A stretch of 64,000 bases of DNA, taken from the NCBI GenBank assembly GCA_023920165.1, contig CP089279.1, forward strand, positions 1,550,001-1,614,000, in the 5' to 3' direction. The notes below the pieces were generated by a model. It did no database searches. It worked only from the letters and a program-made list of their open reading frames with translations, and was not told the DNA's origin. Below are positions 1 to 12,133 of the stretch, piece by piece (within the stretch, counting starts at the first letter, position 1; every line of letters begins with the position of its first letter). Source of the DNA: Curvularia clavata (Eukaryota). The translations under genes were made by a program, and so were the position numbers.

Positions 1-1320
1 ATCTCAACAGGCATGGATGCCACGTAGGTCTGATCAAGAGAGGCTGGCCTGTACGGTTCTTGTCTCTCAGTGAAATTCAAAACACCATAAGTTATCCATA
101 GTGAGGCAATGCCAACACCAGCCACGTATTTCCAAAATGGCTTGACTTGTCTGTTCACTGGCCACGAAGACGACCTCATACGTCCATGCATGCTTTGAGC
201 AAGCCGGGTATTGGGCAGCCCTGCATGAGGCATACGAGCGCATGGCCAGCTGCTAATGCACATTATTGCAAGCCAAAAACAGCAGATCTGGTACACATTT
301 GTGTACGAACGGCGAGTCAAGAGTGTAGAATAGCATCCTGCAAGGCCCGTGAAAACAGCAATAGTCACAGCGTCACAGATGCGATGTACCCGATCATCAA
401 GAGAATGAAAGGGCGCAGTGACTACCCCGTCGTCCATGGGAAGCACTGCCGACTTTCCCAGCTGTATCGCCATAGCGGTGGACAAGGCGTTCAGACCAAG
501 CAAGAACCCGTTTCCGGCTTCAAAAGCGAAAATGCGACCGTTCATGCCAAAGACCAGTGCAGACACTACGCCTACTAGCGCTCCTACCATAACTTGCAGG
601 CTTGCCTGATTCACATTGGCTGTGAGTACATCTGGATGATGTATAACGGCAGTCTTCCAGAGACCTCGAGCGACACCTGCAAACAGCATGGCCAAGATGG
701 ACATTACCAGGCCTGGTACATTGAGTCGATACTCTGCTATTAAGATTCCAGCGCCCGCAAGTATCACTAGACATGTGCGTGACATGTCGGCGTAAGTGGC
801 AGACGCGACGCGGAAAATATTAAGGAATAAGTCTTCAGCACACACGGTGATGAGCTATTTGGTGTCAGTCTTGCTTGGTCATGTTTGAAGCAGGCACAGT
901 TATAACTCTTACAGTAATCATGACCAAGACAGGGAGATTATAGAAATGCAAGACTGCCTGCAGGAAGCATATCGTAGAAACATACATGAAGCACACGGAT
1001 GCCGTGACAAGCGCCGTTCCTCTTGTCATTGATCTCCACGGCCGCAGTTTTCGACGAAACGGCCTTTGGATATGTCCCCACCCCAGACATGGCCGCAATG
1101 CCATGAAGCCGGTGACGGCAAGCTGGTTGAAATAGAGTCGCTGCGGGTAGTGTACATTGCGCTCTATTACCAGATGCCTCGCGCTAAGCAGCGAGATGCA
1201 CGCGCAAACCGTCCATAGTAGCTGTTTTTGGATACGAGCAGCATCATATGTGACGCTAAGCCGCCCGCTCATCGACTCGGCGCGAGCCTTCCTGATATAG
1301 GCGTCTGGCAATGTATTCAT
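1..1320 (-). CDS. Partial multi-pass membrane protein; degenerate triose-phosphate/nucleotide-sugar transporter (TPT)-like N-terminus, continuing off the window edge
   Basis: Exon 1 runs from ATG 1320 to 913 (MNTLPDAY...LVMIT). Intron 912..855 (GTAAGA...CTGAC...TAG). Exon 2 (854..1) is stop-free: LITVCAEDL...AEYRLNVPGLVMSILAMLFAG...LDQTYVASMPVE. Many hydrophobic segments; RHLVIERNVHYPQRLYFNQL and EYRLNVPGL resemble TPT-family segments. Confidence 0.6.
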
Positions 1321-1837
1321 TGTGGGGAGGAGCACATTCGCCGGCGAACGAAAGGGGAGCGATGGCTGCAAGGAGGCACGGTTGCGGCGTCGTGGACAAT
1401 CATTCGAGATGTGGCTTCAACGATCGGCTTGGGGTGTTCAGCGCATCGGTCTGGTGAGCAGTGGCGTGTCGTAGGGCTGAGACGAATACGCGTGACGCGA
1501 TATCAATGCAGGGTCGACGATACAACAGGCGGCTTGGACGTGACGGTGCATCGCGTTCATCTTGCTTTGAGCACTGCACGCGTGCTTTTCCTGCATGCTT
1601 GATTCAATCTGGCGAACTAGGCTGCCCCACTCACAATTAAGCTATGAACCGTGCATACCCCGCCAACAGCATCGAACCGTAATGCGGTACCATACAAACG
1701 TAACCATATGAGTCGTGAGTATCACGATGAGATAACGTGGAGAACCAAGAATTGAGAAAAGGGAGCAAACGCATTTCCTCGTCGAACCCAAATAAGAATA
1801 AACCATTATACAAAACGAGCATACCATATATGTCTAT

Positions 1838-4800
1838 CTAAACACCCTGCACTTTGCGATAACTAGGCGGCTTCAACGTCCTTCCCAGCAGCTTGACCGC
1901 ATATGGCGGCACTAAACTGATCGCCGCAATGACTGCAAATTTCCACCAAAATGCTATGCTGCTCACATATGCAAGATCAAAGTACTCGTCCAAAAACGGC
2001 ACCGAGCCAAAATAGATGGCTGCCGTGCCAACGATACTGGCAATCATGATCCAATGCCATGTTGTGACTTCCATAGCCACCATGACTAGTTCGTTGACAA
2101 CAAGGACGGAGAAAGATACAGACACCATCTTGAGGAACGTCGGATCCGGAGCCTCGCCCGCGCCTGTCGACTGTCCGACACCGATGAGAAGCTGACTGCA
2201 GCCTTGGATAATGGAGCCTTGGTAGATAGAGACAGCAACCCATATGAAAAATGACTTGTATGACAGCGAGCGCCCAGTCTTGAGTTCGGCATACAGCTCG
2301 GGGTACAGGTTTGCAACGCTCTCGTCGACGTCGCGGTCCAGGACCAAGGAGAAAACAGGCATCATGGTGTAAATGGTCGAATAGCCAACCAAAAGCCAAT
2401 CTTTATACAAAGCATTTGGCTCAAACTTGCTTGCAATAGAGAAGACGGTTTGACAGATGGAGATAATCAGACCTCGATGGATGACAAACTGAGAAAGCTT
2501 GGCCGAACGTTTGTACGAGTTGCGACCGTGCCAGACGAGAAGTTTGACAAGATAGCAGAACTGCTCAATGGAAAAGTCAGCAGCGAGCGAAGCCTGACGG
2601 CCTTCTTTTCCGACAATGCCAACACCAACATCGGCAGCCTGAATCATCGAAACGTCATTGCCACCGTCGCCAATGCAGCATACGCGCTTCTTTGTGAATT
2701 CGCGAATCAGCCGAGCAACGTCTGCTTTCTGCGTTGGCGAGCATCGGCACGCAACGACAGTAGGAAGTTGTACAGCTACTGTTATGAATTCTTGTCGAAA
2801 GTGCTGGAGGAACAGAGCAAGTGACTCGCCGTCAATGAGCAAGCAGGAATCAAGCTTCCCACGGAGGAAGTCAAGGGACGAAGACGCCAGGTCCTTGCGT
2901 TTTAGTTTGGCGATTGTGTGTACATATTGGCCACGCGCGACCAACTTGGAGCTGACGGCTACACACCGAGCGGTTTCAACTTTATCACCAGTCAACATCC
3001 AAATCTTGATGCCAGCATTGCGAAGAAGTTCGAGCGAAGGCTTGACGTCCTTTTGTAGTTTGTCTTCGACACCAGTAACCCCGAGCAGTTCCAGGTCATG
3101 TTCGAGGTATTCCTTAACAACACCAGCGACAGAAGCGTCACGGTTGCTGAGGGCAAGCGACGCTTGCGCGTGCTTGGTAGTAAATTCCTGGTACATTTGA
3201 GCTGATAGCTTCTTGCGACCGACGACCAGAGTGCGAAGTCCTTCGCGGGCCATGTTTGCTGTTTCTTCATCCAACCAGTCGTTAGCAGCAACGATCGACG
3301 TCATGACCGTATCTGCACCTTTTTGGTAGAACCAGATCTCGCCATCCTCATCGGTAGGCGAGGACACGGGTCCGTGATAAAACTTCACAACGATACCCAT
3401 GCGCTTGCCTTCTGATGTAAATGGAAACACGTTCAAAATGCGGACCTTGACCACTGTTTTCCCGCTGTCGCATGATAAGAGAGTCATGGATTCGCGATCT
3501 CGAGAAAGAAGCTTCAGACCCACAGCCTCAGTCCAGCGTACAATGGCAATTTCATCCGGCGAAGACGCTTGGTACGTAGTCACCTCCTCGCCATTCTCTT
3601 CCTCAGTGGTCGGCGTTACATTGTGGCAGAGCGCCAGCGCCAGCACAACGTCACGAACTCTTGATCCAATTTCTCTGCGCGTACGTGTGGCCGAGGTAAC
3701 AGGGGCGGTGTAAGCGGATGAGGGCGTAACGAGAGAAGGAGATTCTCCAGCGGGAGGTGTGAAGCATTGGCGTACATAAGATGATACCTCATCCATAGCC
3801 TCGTTTGCATAAGAGACAGTGCCGACGTGGATTTTTTTCATTATCATCTCTGTAATCTGTTAGCCATGTCAAAGCTGAGGATCAAGGGGTCGTACCATTC
3901 TGCGTCAGAGTTCCCGTTTTGTCGCTCAACAGGTACTCTATCCGACCCAGGTCTTCGGGAATAGTGCTAGTACGGACAATTGTTCCTTTGATACTCTCGT
4001 CATGGTGGATGAACCACGCATAGACGGATTTTCCCATGTCGAGATTGACACGTAAACCCACAGGGACGATAGTCGAGAACAGAATGAGGAATCGCAGCAT
4101 GGAGGCCCACCACTGTCGGCCTTGGATTTCTTGAAACCGGGCGAGCGCTACGAGGATGAAGGACAACGATAGGGTGAAAATGCATAGCCATTTTGTGAGC
4201 GAGTTAATCTCGAGTTCCAAAAGACCAGTTTTGGACCTCGAAGGCGAAGTCGAGAGCGCCTGACGCGTCTGTGGTCCAGTATATACTACTACCGCAAGAA
4301 TACTGCAGCTTGAGGCTACGACTGTATTCGCCCAAATAGTGTTGTCGATGCTAAGGGGGGCTGATTGTGTTTCCTCTGATGCAGATGCTCGTTCAGTATC
4401 GTGAGGATCATAATGCCGCTGAATCTTTGGTAGAAGCTCTACAGTTCCGTAAAACTCGTTAACCTTCTTGTCAGGTTTGCCTGCGACAACTCGAAGTCGA
4501 GTATATTCTCCAACGTCAAGATTTTGTGTCAATGGCGAAGTGAGACGCAGTTTCCAATCGGTTTCGCCATCCAGTTGATCAGTTCTGATGAAAGCTTCGC
4601 CTGAAGACCCGGTTGGTGTGGCGCTGTCGACCTTTGCTGGCTCGATAGATTCCCCATTGTCGATCAACGGAGCAGGTGGCGCTTGTGAATTTGCCGTATC
4701 TGGTACAGAGGCATTAATGTCTGTAGAATAACTTTTCAGGACCACCATGTCGGCAGGAACTCTTTGGTCCTTTCCGAGCTTGACCACGTCACCCACTTTG

Positions 4801-5795
4801 AGGCTCCTAGAAGGTTTCACAGCCTCCCAGTAAGTGCAAGTTGCTAGTCCTTTGCCCGAGAGTCGCTGTTCTTCATCTTCAAGTTCCGACATACGGCCCT
4901 CAGATTTGTTCTGTTTTCTCAGACGTTTCTGTCTCTGCGAACTCCTGCCTGGCGCAACGCCAGTTCCCTTGCTGTTCTCCTCGAATCTCAGAACCGTGTA
5001 ACCTTCAGAGTTTGCTTCGGCATCTCTTCGTCGTCGTGCAATATCATCCATGGCCTCCTTCCCCAGGGTTATGGTTATGACGAATGCCAACGGGGCAATG
5101 TAGGTCGAAAGGTAACCTATTCGTAAAACAGGTATGACCTGTGACAGCGCAACAAGCAAGAAATACATGTTGATGAAGAAAGAGAATTCGTTGTACAGTG
5201 TTCGTGGGAGGAAACTCCAGGGCGTGTACTTGGCGTTCGAAACCGCATTTGCTGGGAATCTCGATGTCTGAAGCTGGCCGACCGATATGGTCCGCTGAGT
5301 GGTTGGGTCATGCTCCTCCTCTGCATCCTCGTCTCCGTCTTCGTCGTCGAGTTTTATGGCAGCGTTCTGCCGTGAAAGGAAACTTGGCAGTCGCATACTC
5401 GATCCTAACCTTGACATTGTACTTTGCGGCGCTTGGTGTCTTCGGGTGGTACGTTGGGCGGGTAATAAGGGCGAGTCATCTTCTCCAGACTGGCGGTAGC
5501 TACCGGCCGAGTCTCTCTTTGGCCCTTCATCATCGTCTAATAGTCCTCTCAAATCGTCCTCTTCGGATTCTTCCTTTCTCTTGCTTGCGCGTAACCTGCC
5601 TACCCTCAAGTTCCTTAGCGGTATTCTCGCACCCAGTTCGTGGTAGGGCCGTCTCTGATCTTTTGAACGACGTGGCGGTGGTGTGGCAGCTGCCTGTGAA
5701 CGAGACGCTAGAGGGTCCAGCTCCTCGAGGTCCAGTTCAAGGTCCGAGTCCTCGTCTGGCGCATTTGGCTGGTGGTATTGGTGTGGAGCAGCCAT
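1838..5795 (-). CDS. NEO1: P4-type ATPase phospholipid flippase, Neo1/ATP9 class
   Basis: Two ORFs joined by intron 3895..3850 give DKTGTLTQNEM (phosphorylation site). Also QLDGETDWK, SPDE, WMLTGDK, IGDGGNDVSMIQAADVGVGI and C-terminal PPSYRKV. Confidence 0.95.
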
Positions 5796-6661
5796 GGCTC
5801 ATGAGCGGGCGATGGTGGTGCGGAGGACTATGAGGAGAATGTGGTATGCAGTAGCCTCATGCGTAGAGGGCTCGGAGAGAGAAGGGGGTAGTTGTGATTA
5901 TGACGGCTGCCTTCGGGGGTCCGCGGTGTTTCGGGGGTGTATGGATATGGCGCCTAGGCGTACGGACGTCGTGTTTCGAATGTGTACAGATGTTCTGGCG
6001 ACTACAGTAGATCCCGGTCCTTGGTTACGCATGTAAGGTTTGCTACGGGTCGGGTGGTGTGTGTAAATAATGTGACGGTGTCTCTGGAGGAATCGGGTCA
6101 GTTTGGAGAGAGTGTGGCGCAGGCATGGTGGCTTGAGGACAGGGTTGCAACGGCGGGCCGCTCCCAAAGTCGCAGTCCAGAGGCATGAACAGCTGTCCAG
6201 ATTGCATACCACTCATCCACACATCTTACTTGATCGCATGCAATGTGGCCGGGACTCGTCTCTGGTATTTGATTCTTCCTACTTTCCGGGCCGAGAGCTG
6301 CGCCTTCGATACTGTGCGACACAGAGCTCGCGCTCTCCCGCTTCCATAGAGGTATGTTCTTCGGGAACCTCTGACGTAGAAAGGGATGGCGATCACTCCG
6401 TCTACATCCCGCGACACAGTGCCTGTCGCAACTTCATTTCCATTCCCTTTGTTACAGACTTATCTGGCCAGTTTCTTCTGTCGAGTCTTCCGTGTCACTG
6501 TACTGTATTCTACTAGGCGCATCCCCTCAATTGCGCACACTGGAACCCAACGTCTGCGCCTCATTGCCCAGACTCCACACCTGAGCCACCGGGATTAACC
6601 TCAGTGCTAATAGTTTCTAAAGCAGTTATAGATACCCTTTTGAATATCCATTGATTGCCTA

Positions 6662-9600
6662 ATGGACGAAGACGGCCCCAAATCTCCTAATGCCAATCAT
6701 GGCGCGCCTCTAAACCCTTCAACCGCCTCGTGGAACCCTGCGTTGCGGAGCGAAAAGGAAATAGCTCCACCAACCAATGTGAAGCCACCGACACAACCTG
6801 AACCAGAATCATCTTCTGAAGAAGAAGAGGAGGAGGAGGAGGACGACGACGACGACGACGAAGAAGAAGAATCTGAGGAAGAAGATAGTGAAGACGAGGA
6901 TGAGGTTCCGTCGCAATCTACCGTAAACGCAACACCTACGACCGCGCCGCCACCCCCAAGCCAGCCCGTAGTTGCCGAGCTAAAATCTACCGACAATTCC
7001 CCAACGCCCAATGTCACCACGCAGGTAGAGCAAAGCGTGCAACAACCCAAGGGAAGCCCTGCGCAAGATGTGAGTGAGGAGGATCTAGTAGGCGCAACGC
7101 AGGCGCTCAATATCGAGGAAAAACAGCAAGACCTGGCAAATGCGGAAGTAAGCGAGGACGAAAAAGAGTCTGAGTCCGAAGACAGCGAAGAGGAAAGCCC
7201 CCTGAAAGAGGCGACGCCTAAAAGTGATCCCGAGGAGCACCCGGAAGAGCACCCGGAAGAGAATTATGAACATCAGGGCGAAATCACTGCTCTGGAGGAT
7301 GCTGTGACCGAAAGCGCAAAGGCACCATTGGTAGCAGATACGGAAGCGGACGAGTGGGGCACATCCGGTGACGATGCGTTCGATCTCGGTGGGAAACCAC
7401 AGGAACCTGCTTTGCCAACGCCTTCGGCCGAGGCTGTCGGGACAACAATAGGAGACGAGTCCATTGGAAACACTACAGTGGGTGGAAACACAGGAGCAGA
7501 CATTGACTGGGGCAACACAGAGGAGGAGGACTTCTTCGGCTCAGGCGCGAGCCAACATATTGAACCCGCGCAATCTTCAGATCAGACTCCTGGTGCGCAT
7601 GTGGTGCAGGCTGAGACAAGCGCTCCTGAGAAGAGTGAATGGGACCTGGACTTGGACCTGGACGACGATTTCTTACCTGACAAGGAAGACGGACCTGTAA
7701 TTGAATTGAGTGACGACGATGGTTTTCTCGAGGACGAGCCCGCAGAGCAACCTACACAGTCAACTCCAGTGAGCGTTGCAAGCCGATATGCGCCTCAGAC
7801 CGCAACGCCAGCAGCGGTTCCTAGTGCAAGTCCGTATGCCCCGCCAACGCAATCAATTCCTGCGGCTACACCTGCTTATGATGGCTTCGGACGAAATCTA
7901 GCATATCAACAACAGCAGCAATCCCGACCTCCACCAGTGAGTTCAGCTCAGAGTTTCGTAGATAAATCCAAAGGCGGCTACGCTTCGCCTTACGACCTGC
8001 CGGAAGACATTGTGACTACTCGAAAGCGACCAGCTCCTCGAGCGACGGTTCCAGCACTTCAGCCTACTCCTCCCCCTCCGCGAACAAGCAGCGTGTCTTC
8101 GAATAGTGGAGCTCCGCGACCACCTCCTCTCTCATCAAGTATGTCAACATCGAGTTTGTCTCCACCATCCTCAGGTCACTCTATGCAAGCACAGATGGGT
8201 GGGATGCCTCCACCAGCTGCTCCACCAAAACCGGCAGTAACCTCAAAGTCTCCCTCCAGTGATTTCTTCGCTGAGCTACCTGTAACATCCAAACCGCGAC
8301 CATCAGGACGCTACACGCCACAGCCAAGCGTGCCTGCTCAACCTCCAGCACACCAACCTCCACCACAATTGCCGCCCAAAGAGCGTACACCGTCCTTGTC
8401 CTCTCTGAGAAATGAATTCCTCCCCGATGCTGCGAATGTCGCTACTCCCCCTCCGTTTAGGCAACCCGAGCAGCTGCCTATGTTCCCTTCCCAGCCATCG
8501 GTACCCGCACGAACAAACAGTCTTCCCGTGCCTCAGCCTGCGCCCGCACCACCCACAAACAGATACTCACCCGCTCCGCCTCCTTCAGCACCGGCCAGCA
8601 ATGCGCGGTATTCTCCAGCCCCACCGGCCGCACCTGCTGCTAATTCGAGATACTCACCTGCTCCCCCCTCACAACAGCCTCATGCTCGGTACGCATCTGA
8701 GCCGCATAATAATTTGACACGAACGCCCTCTCAGCCATTTGCACCTCGCACGTCCAGCCCACTAGCATTCCATAGCATGCCTCAACACCATGGAAACGAA
8801 TCCGAATCTCAGGCTCAAACCTCACCAACCCACCAACTTTCTCAGTCCCTGGACGGCACGCCACGCCCACCAATTAGGAGCCCATTGGGAGAGGTCAGTG
8901 AGATTGGAGAGCCAGAGCCAACATTGAGCTCAAGGCCACCTACGTCTGGAAGATCCGAGACCCCGCCTCCGCGCAGTACCCCGTCGTCAGTCGTTGGCTC
9001 ACCACGCAAGAGAGACAATTACATGCCAAGGTATCAGCCAGTGCAAGCAACTGCCCCACAACGGTCTCATTCCCAATCTCCGACAGCGACTATGAAGCAG
9101 CCTCCACGGAGTATGAGCAGTACAGACCTTGCGGGATCTGTGTATGGTATGATGCCACAAACCATGACTTATGGTGCACCCCAGTCTACTTCCAGTGCGG
9201 TCAATGTCATACCTCAGCGTCGGCAGATGTCAGCCGCTTACGACTTCATTGTACCTGAAGACGAGCGTGCGGCCGACCCACTTGAAAGGTGGAAGGGTCA
9301 CCCTATTTTCACATGGGGACTTGGTGGTACTGTGGTAACGAGCTTCCCCAAACAAATTCCTCGGTATGGAGGCGGTGGTTCAGCACCGATGATGAAGCCC
9401 AATCCTGGCGAGATTCGTGTACAGAGTATCAAGGAAGTTTTCCCTCTGACAGACGATATCTCCAAGTTCCCTGGTCCGCTCAAGGGAAAGAGCAAGAAGA
9501 AGGACGTATTGGCATGGCTAGGCCGCAAGATCGAGACGCTTGATGCTGAATTCAAGGAGCCTGGTCTTGAGCATTCTGCGAACGAAGATGACATCAAGCG

Positions 9601-12133
9601 CCTCGAAGACAGAATCTTTCTATGGAAGCTTATGCAGGTCCTTGTTGAGCACGATGGAAGACTAGAAAGCACACCAGCCGAAACTGCTGTCAAGAAAATC
9701 CTGTCGCCTGCTCAAGATGAAACGCCAGATGCCGACGGCTCATTCTCAACTGGGGCAGACATGGTTGGACGTTCAAGATCCAGTACGTCCAACATACAAG
9801 CAGAGCCCTCCGATCCGCGAACCCTCGAAATCCTGCAGAAAATGCTTATTCAAGGTGACCGCGAGAAGGCAGTCTGGCACGCTGTCGACCAGCGACTATG
9901 GGGCCATGCTATGCTATTGTCTTCCACACTCAGCAAGGAACTTTGGAAGCAGGTTGTGCAGGAGTTTGTGCGCAAGGAGGTCAAGAATGTCGGACGCAAC
10001 AACCAGGCATTGGCTGTGTTGTATGAAGTCTTTGCTGGCAACCATGAGGATTGCATTGACGAGTTGGTGCCAGCATCAGCTCGCGCCGGCTTCCAAATGA
10101 TAAGCGCCGATGGAGCTGGAGCCACGCAAAACGCACTTCAAGGCTTGGACAAGTGGCGTGAGACGATTGCGTTGATTTTGAACAACCGTAGCGAGGGCGA
10201 TGCGGCGGCGCTATTGTCGCTTGGAAGACTTCTTGGTCAGTACGGCCGCGTCGAGGCTGCACACGTCTGCTTCATATTCGCCCGCTCAGTCATCAAATTC
10301 GGCGGTGTCGATGATATCCAAGCTGATGTCGTACTCATCGGAGCTGATCACCGTCGCTACCCTCTGGAAACGGGCATCGAGCTCGAACCAATACTTCTGA
10401 CCGAAGTGTTTGAGTTCGCCATGGCGTTGTCATCGCCGAGCGTCCCGTATGTACTACCGCATCTGCAAAACTACAAGTTGGCACATGCATACCATTTGGC
10501 GGAGAACGGTTACAAGACAGATGCACAGGCATACTGCGACTCCATTGCGGCGGCTATGAAGGCCACGACACAGATCTCTCCTTACTACAACCCCGCTTTC
10601 ATTGCCAGCCTGGACGATCTGAGCCAGCGTTTGTCGCAAGCACCCAAGGATGGCTCATCTTCATGGATTTCCAAACCCAGTATGGATAAGGTTGGAAGCT
10701 CCCTGCTTTCAAAGTTCAACAGCTTCATTGCAGGAGACGACGAAAACACTGGACCAAACTCAGGAGGAATGGAGTCCGGACCCTTCGCCAACATTGCTGG
10801 TGGAAACCCATCTCTCAACTCGTCGCAGTCAGCCACAGACCTGTATGGCTCAATGGCGGGCTACGGCGTGCCTACGCAGCCAGCACCACCAGCGAACTCA
10901 AGATATGCACCCTCGACTGCATACGCGCCAAGATCATCGTCTGAGCAGCAGCGGTCTCGCTATGAGCCTCAGGGCCGGCCATCGATGGAGTCGAACGACA
11001 GCTTCGGCGTGCGAGCTGCATCGGACTCTTTCACACCAATGACGCCTAAGACAGGCATGTACAGCCCTACGCAAAACCCGTTGAGTCCACCGAGCGCACG
11101 CACACAAGCGAAGGTCCAATCATACTCCCCGCTCCGCCAGGATTTCAGCCCTCGCCAGCCATCTTACGGCAGTCCTTATATGCCTACTCCTCCTGTGGAG
11201 GAGTCAAGTTTGGCCCCTGCTTTTGGCGTGGACCAGCCTCAAGCGAGCTTTGACGAACCCGCTCAACCTGCAGCGAACGAGCAGACAGAAGAACAGACGT
11301 ACGGATCGTCAAACACCTTTGAACCTTCTGGATATCAGCCCTACAACCCAGACGAGGACGACAAGGAGGAGGAAGAGCAGCCCAAGAAGAAGAAGTCTTT
11401 TATGGACGATGACGATGACGATGACCTGGTTGCTCGTGCTTCTGCACTGAAGATTAGCGGCGGTAGCAGCAGCTCCAAATCCGAAGCAGACAGGAAGGCA
11501 GATGAGGCGTTCCGTAAAGCTGCTGAGGCGGATGCTCAGCGCGACAAGGAAGCTGCTGCTGCGAAGAAAGGAGGGTGGCTGTCTGGTTGGTTCAAGAAGG
11601 ATGCGAACGCTGGGCCTGGGCCTATCAAAGCCAAATTGGGAGAAGAAAGCAGTTTCTACTACGACACTGATCTCGGGAAGTGGGTCAACAAGAAAGCAGG
11701 TGCAGCAGACACGGGTAAGCCCGCTGCCACGCCTCCGCCACCACGCTCTGGCCCGCCTGGGGGAGCTCGAAGTGCGTCGGGAAGCGTTGCGCCCACACCA
11801 CCGTCGTCGGTTGGGCCTCCGGGTGCAGGATCGTTGCGTCCACCCACATCCAACCTCCGCTCGTCGTCGCTGCCACCGCCTCTGCATGGTGCCGGGTCCC
11901 GTGCATCGACGCCAGGCATTGCAGAGTCAGATGAAGAGGGTCTCAGTGGACCTAAGCCGCCCATATTGGCGCGACCCAGCTTTGGTGCTGCATCAGGACC
12001 ACCATCACGGCCCGGCACGGGTATGAGCAACGCCAGCAGTATCGACGATTTGTTGGGTGCACCCCAGGCAAGAAAGGGACCTGCAGGAGGCAAGAAGAAG
12101 AAAGGACGCTATGTCGATGTTATGGCGAAGTAG
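6662..12133 (+). CDS. SEC16: COPII coat assembly protein Sec16
   Basis: 1823-aa ORF. Acidic/Pro-rich N-terminus; central conserved domain (HPIFTWGLGG, KFPGPLK, AVDQRLWGHAMLL, DKWRETIALILNN, AAHVCFI, LLTEVFEF); C-terminal KAKLGEESSFYYD...KWVNK and KKGRYVDVM. Confidence 0.93.
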   Translation: MDEDGPKSPNANHGAPLNPSTASWNPALRSEKEIAPPTNVKPPTQPEPESSSEEEEEEEEDDDDDDEEEESEEEDSEDEDEVPSQSTVNATPTTAPPPPSQPVVAELKSTDNSPTPNVTTQVEQSVQQPKGSPAQDVSEEDLVGATQALNIEEKQQDLANAEVSEDEKESESEDSEEESPLKEATPKSDPEEHPEEHPEENYEHQGEITALEDAVTESAKAPLVADTEADEWGTSGDDAFDLGGKPQEPALPTPSAEAVGTTIGDESIGNTTVGGNTGADIDWGNTEEEDFFGSGASQHIEPAQSSDQTPGAHVVQAETSAPEKSEWDLDLDLDDDFLPDKEDGPVIELSDDDGFLEDEPAEQPTQSTPVSVASRYAPQTATPAAVPSASPYAPPTQSIPAATPAYDGFGRNLAYQQQQQSRPPPVSSAQSFVDKSKGGYASPYDLPEDIVTTRKRPAPRATVPALQPTPPPPRTSSVSSNSGAPRPPPLSSSMSTSSLSPPSSGHSMQAQMGGMPPPAAPPKPAVTSKSPSSDFFAELPVTSKPRPSGRYTPQPSVPAQPPAHQPPPQLPPKERTPSLSSLRNEFLPDAANVATPPPFRQPEQLPMFPSQPSVPARTNSLPVPQPAPAPPTNRYSPAPPPSAPASNARYSPAPPAAPAANSRYSPAPPSQQPHARYASEPHNNLTRTPSQPFAPRTSSPLAFHSMPQHHGNESESQAQTSPTHQLSQSLDGTPRPPIRSPLGEVSEIGEPEPTLSSRPPTSGRSETPPPRSTPSSVVGSPRKRDNYMPRYQPVQATAPQRSHSQSPTATMKQPPRSMSSTDLAGSVYGMMPQTMTYGAPQSTSSAVNVIPQRRQMSAAYDFIVPEDERAADPLERWKGHPIFTWGLGGTVVTSFPKQIPRYGGGGSAPMMKPNPGEIRVQSIKEVFPLTDDISKFPGPLKGKSKKKDVLAWLGRKIETLDAEFKEPGLEHSANEDDIKRLEDRIFLWKLMQVLVEHDGRLESTPAETAVKKILSPAQDETPDADGSFSTGADMVGRSRSSTSNIQAEPSDPRTLEILQKMLIQGDREKAVWHAVDQRLWGHAMLLSSTLSKELWKQVVQEFVRKEVKNVGRNNQALAVLYEVFAGNHEDCIDELVPASARAGFQMISADGAGATQNALQGLDKWRETIALILNNRSEGDAAALLSLGRLLGQYGRVEAAHVCFIFARSVIKFGGVDDIQADVVLIGADHRRYPLETGIELEPILLTEVFEFAMALSSPSVPYVLPHLQNYKLAHAYHLAENGYKTDAQAYCDSIAAAMKATTQISPYYNPAFIASLDDLSQRLSQAPKDGSSSWISKPSMDKVGSSLLSKFNSFIAGDDENTGPNSGGMESGPFANIAGGNPSLNSSQSATDLYGSMAGYGVPTQPAPPANSRYAPSTAYAPRSSSEQQRSRYEPQGRPSMESNDSFGVRAASDSFTPMTPKTGMYSPTQNPLSPPSARTQAKVQSYSPLRQDFSPRQPSYGSPYMPTPPVEESSLAPAFGVDQPQASFDEPAQPAANEQTEEQTYGSSNTFEPSGYQPYNPDEDDKEEEEQPKKKKSFMDDDDDDDLVARASALKISGGSSSSKSEADRKADEAFRKAAEADAQRDKEAAAAKKGGWLSGWFKKDANAGPGPIKAKLGEESSFYYDTDLGKWVNKKAGAADTGKPAATPPPPRSGPPGGARSASGSVAPTPPSSVGPPGAGSLRPPTSNLRSSSLPPPLHGAGSRASTPGIAESDEEGLSGPKPPILARPSFGAASGPPSRPGTGMSNASSIDDLLGAPQARKGPAGGKKKKGRYVDVMAK

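Noticed and set aside
6815..6905. GAA/GAG/GAC trinucleotide runs, plus short PEEH and RYSPAPP peptide repeats further into SEC16
   Set aside because: In-frame low-complexity coding sequence typical of the disordered regions of Sec16.
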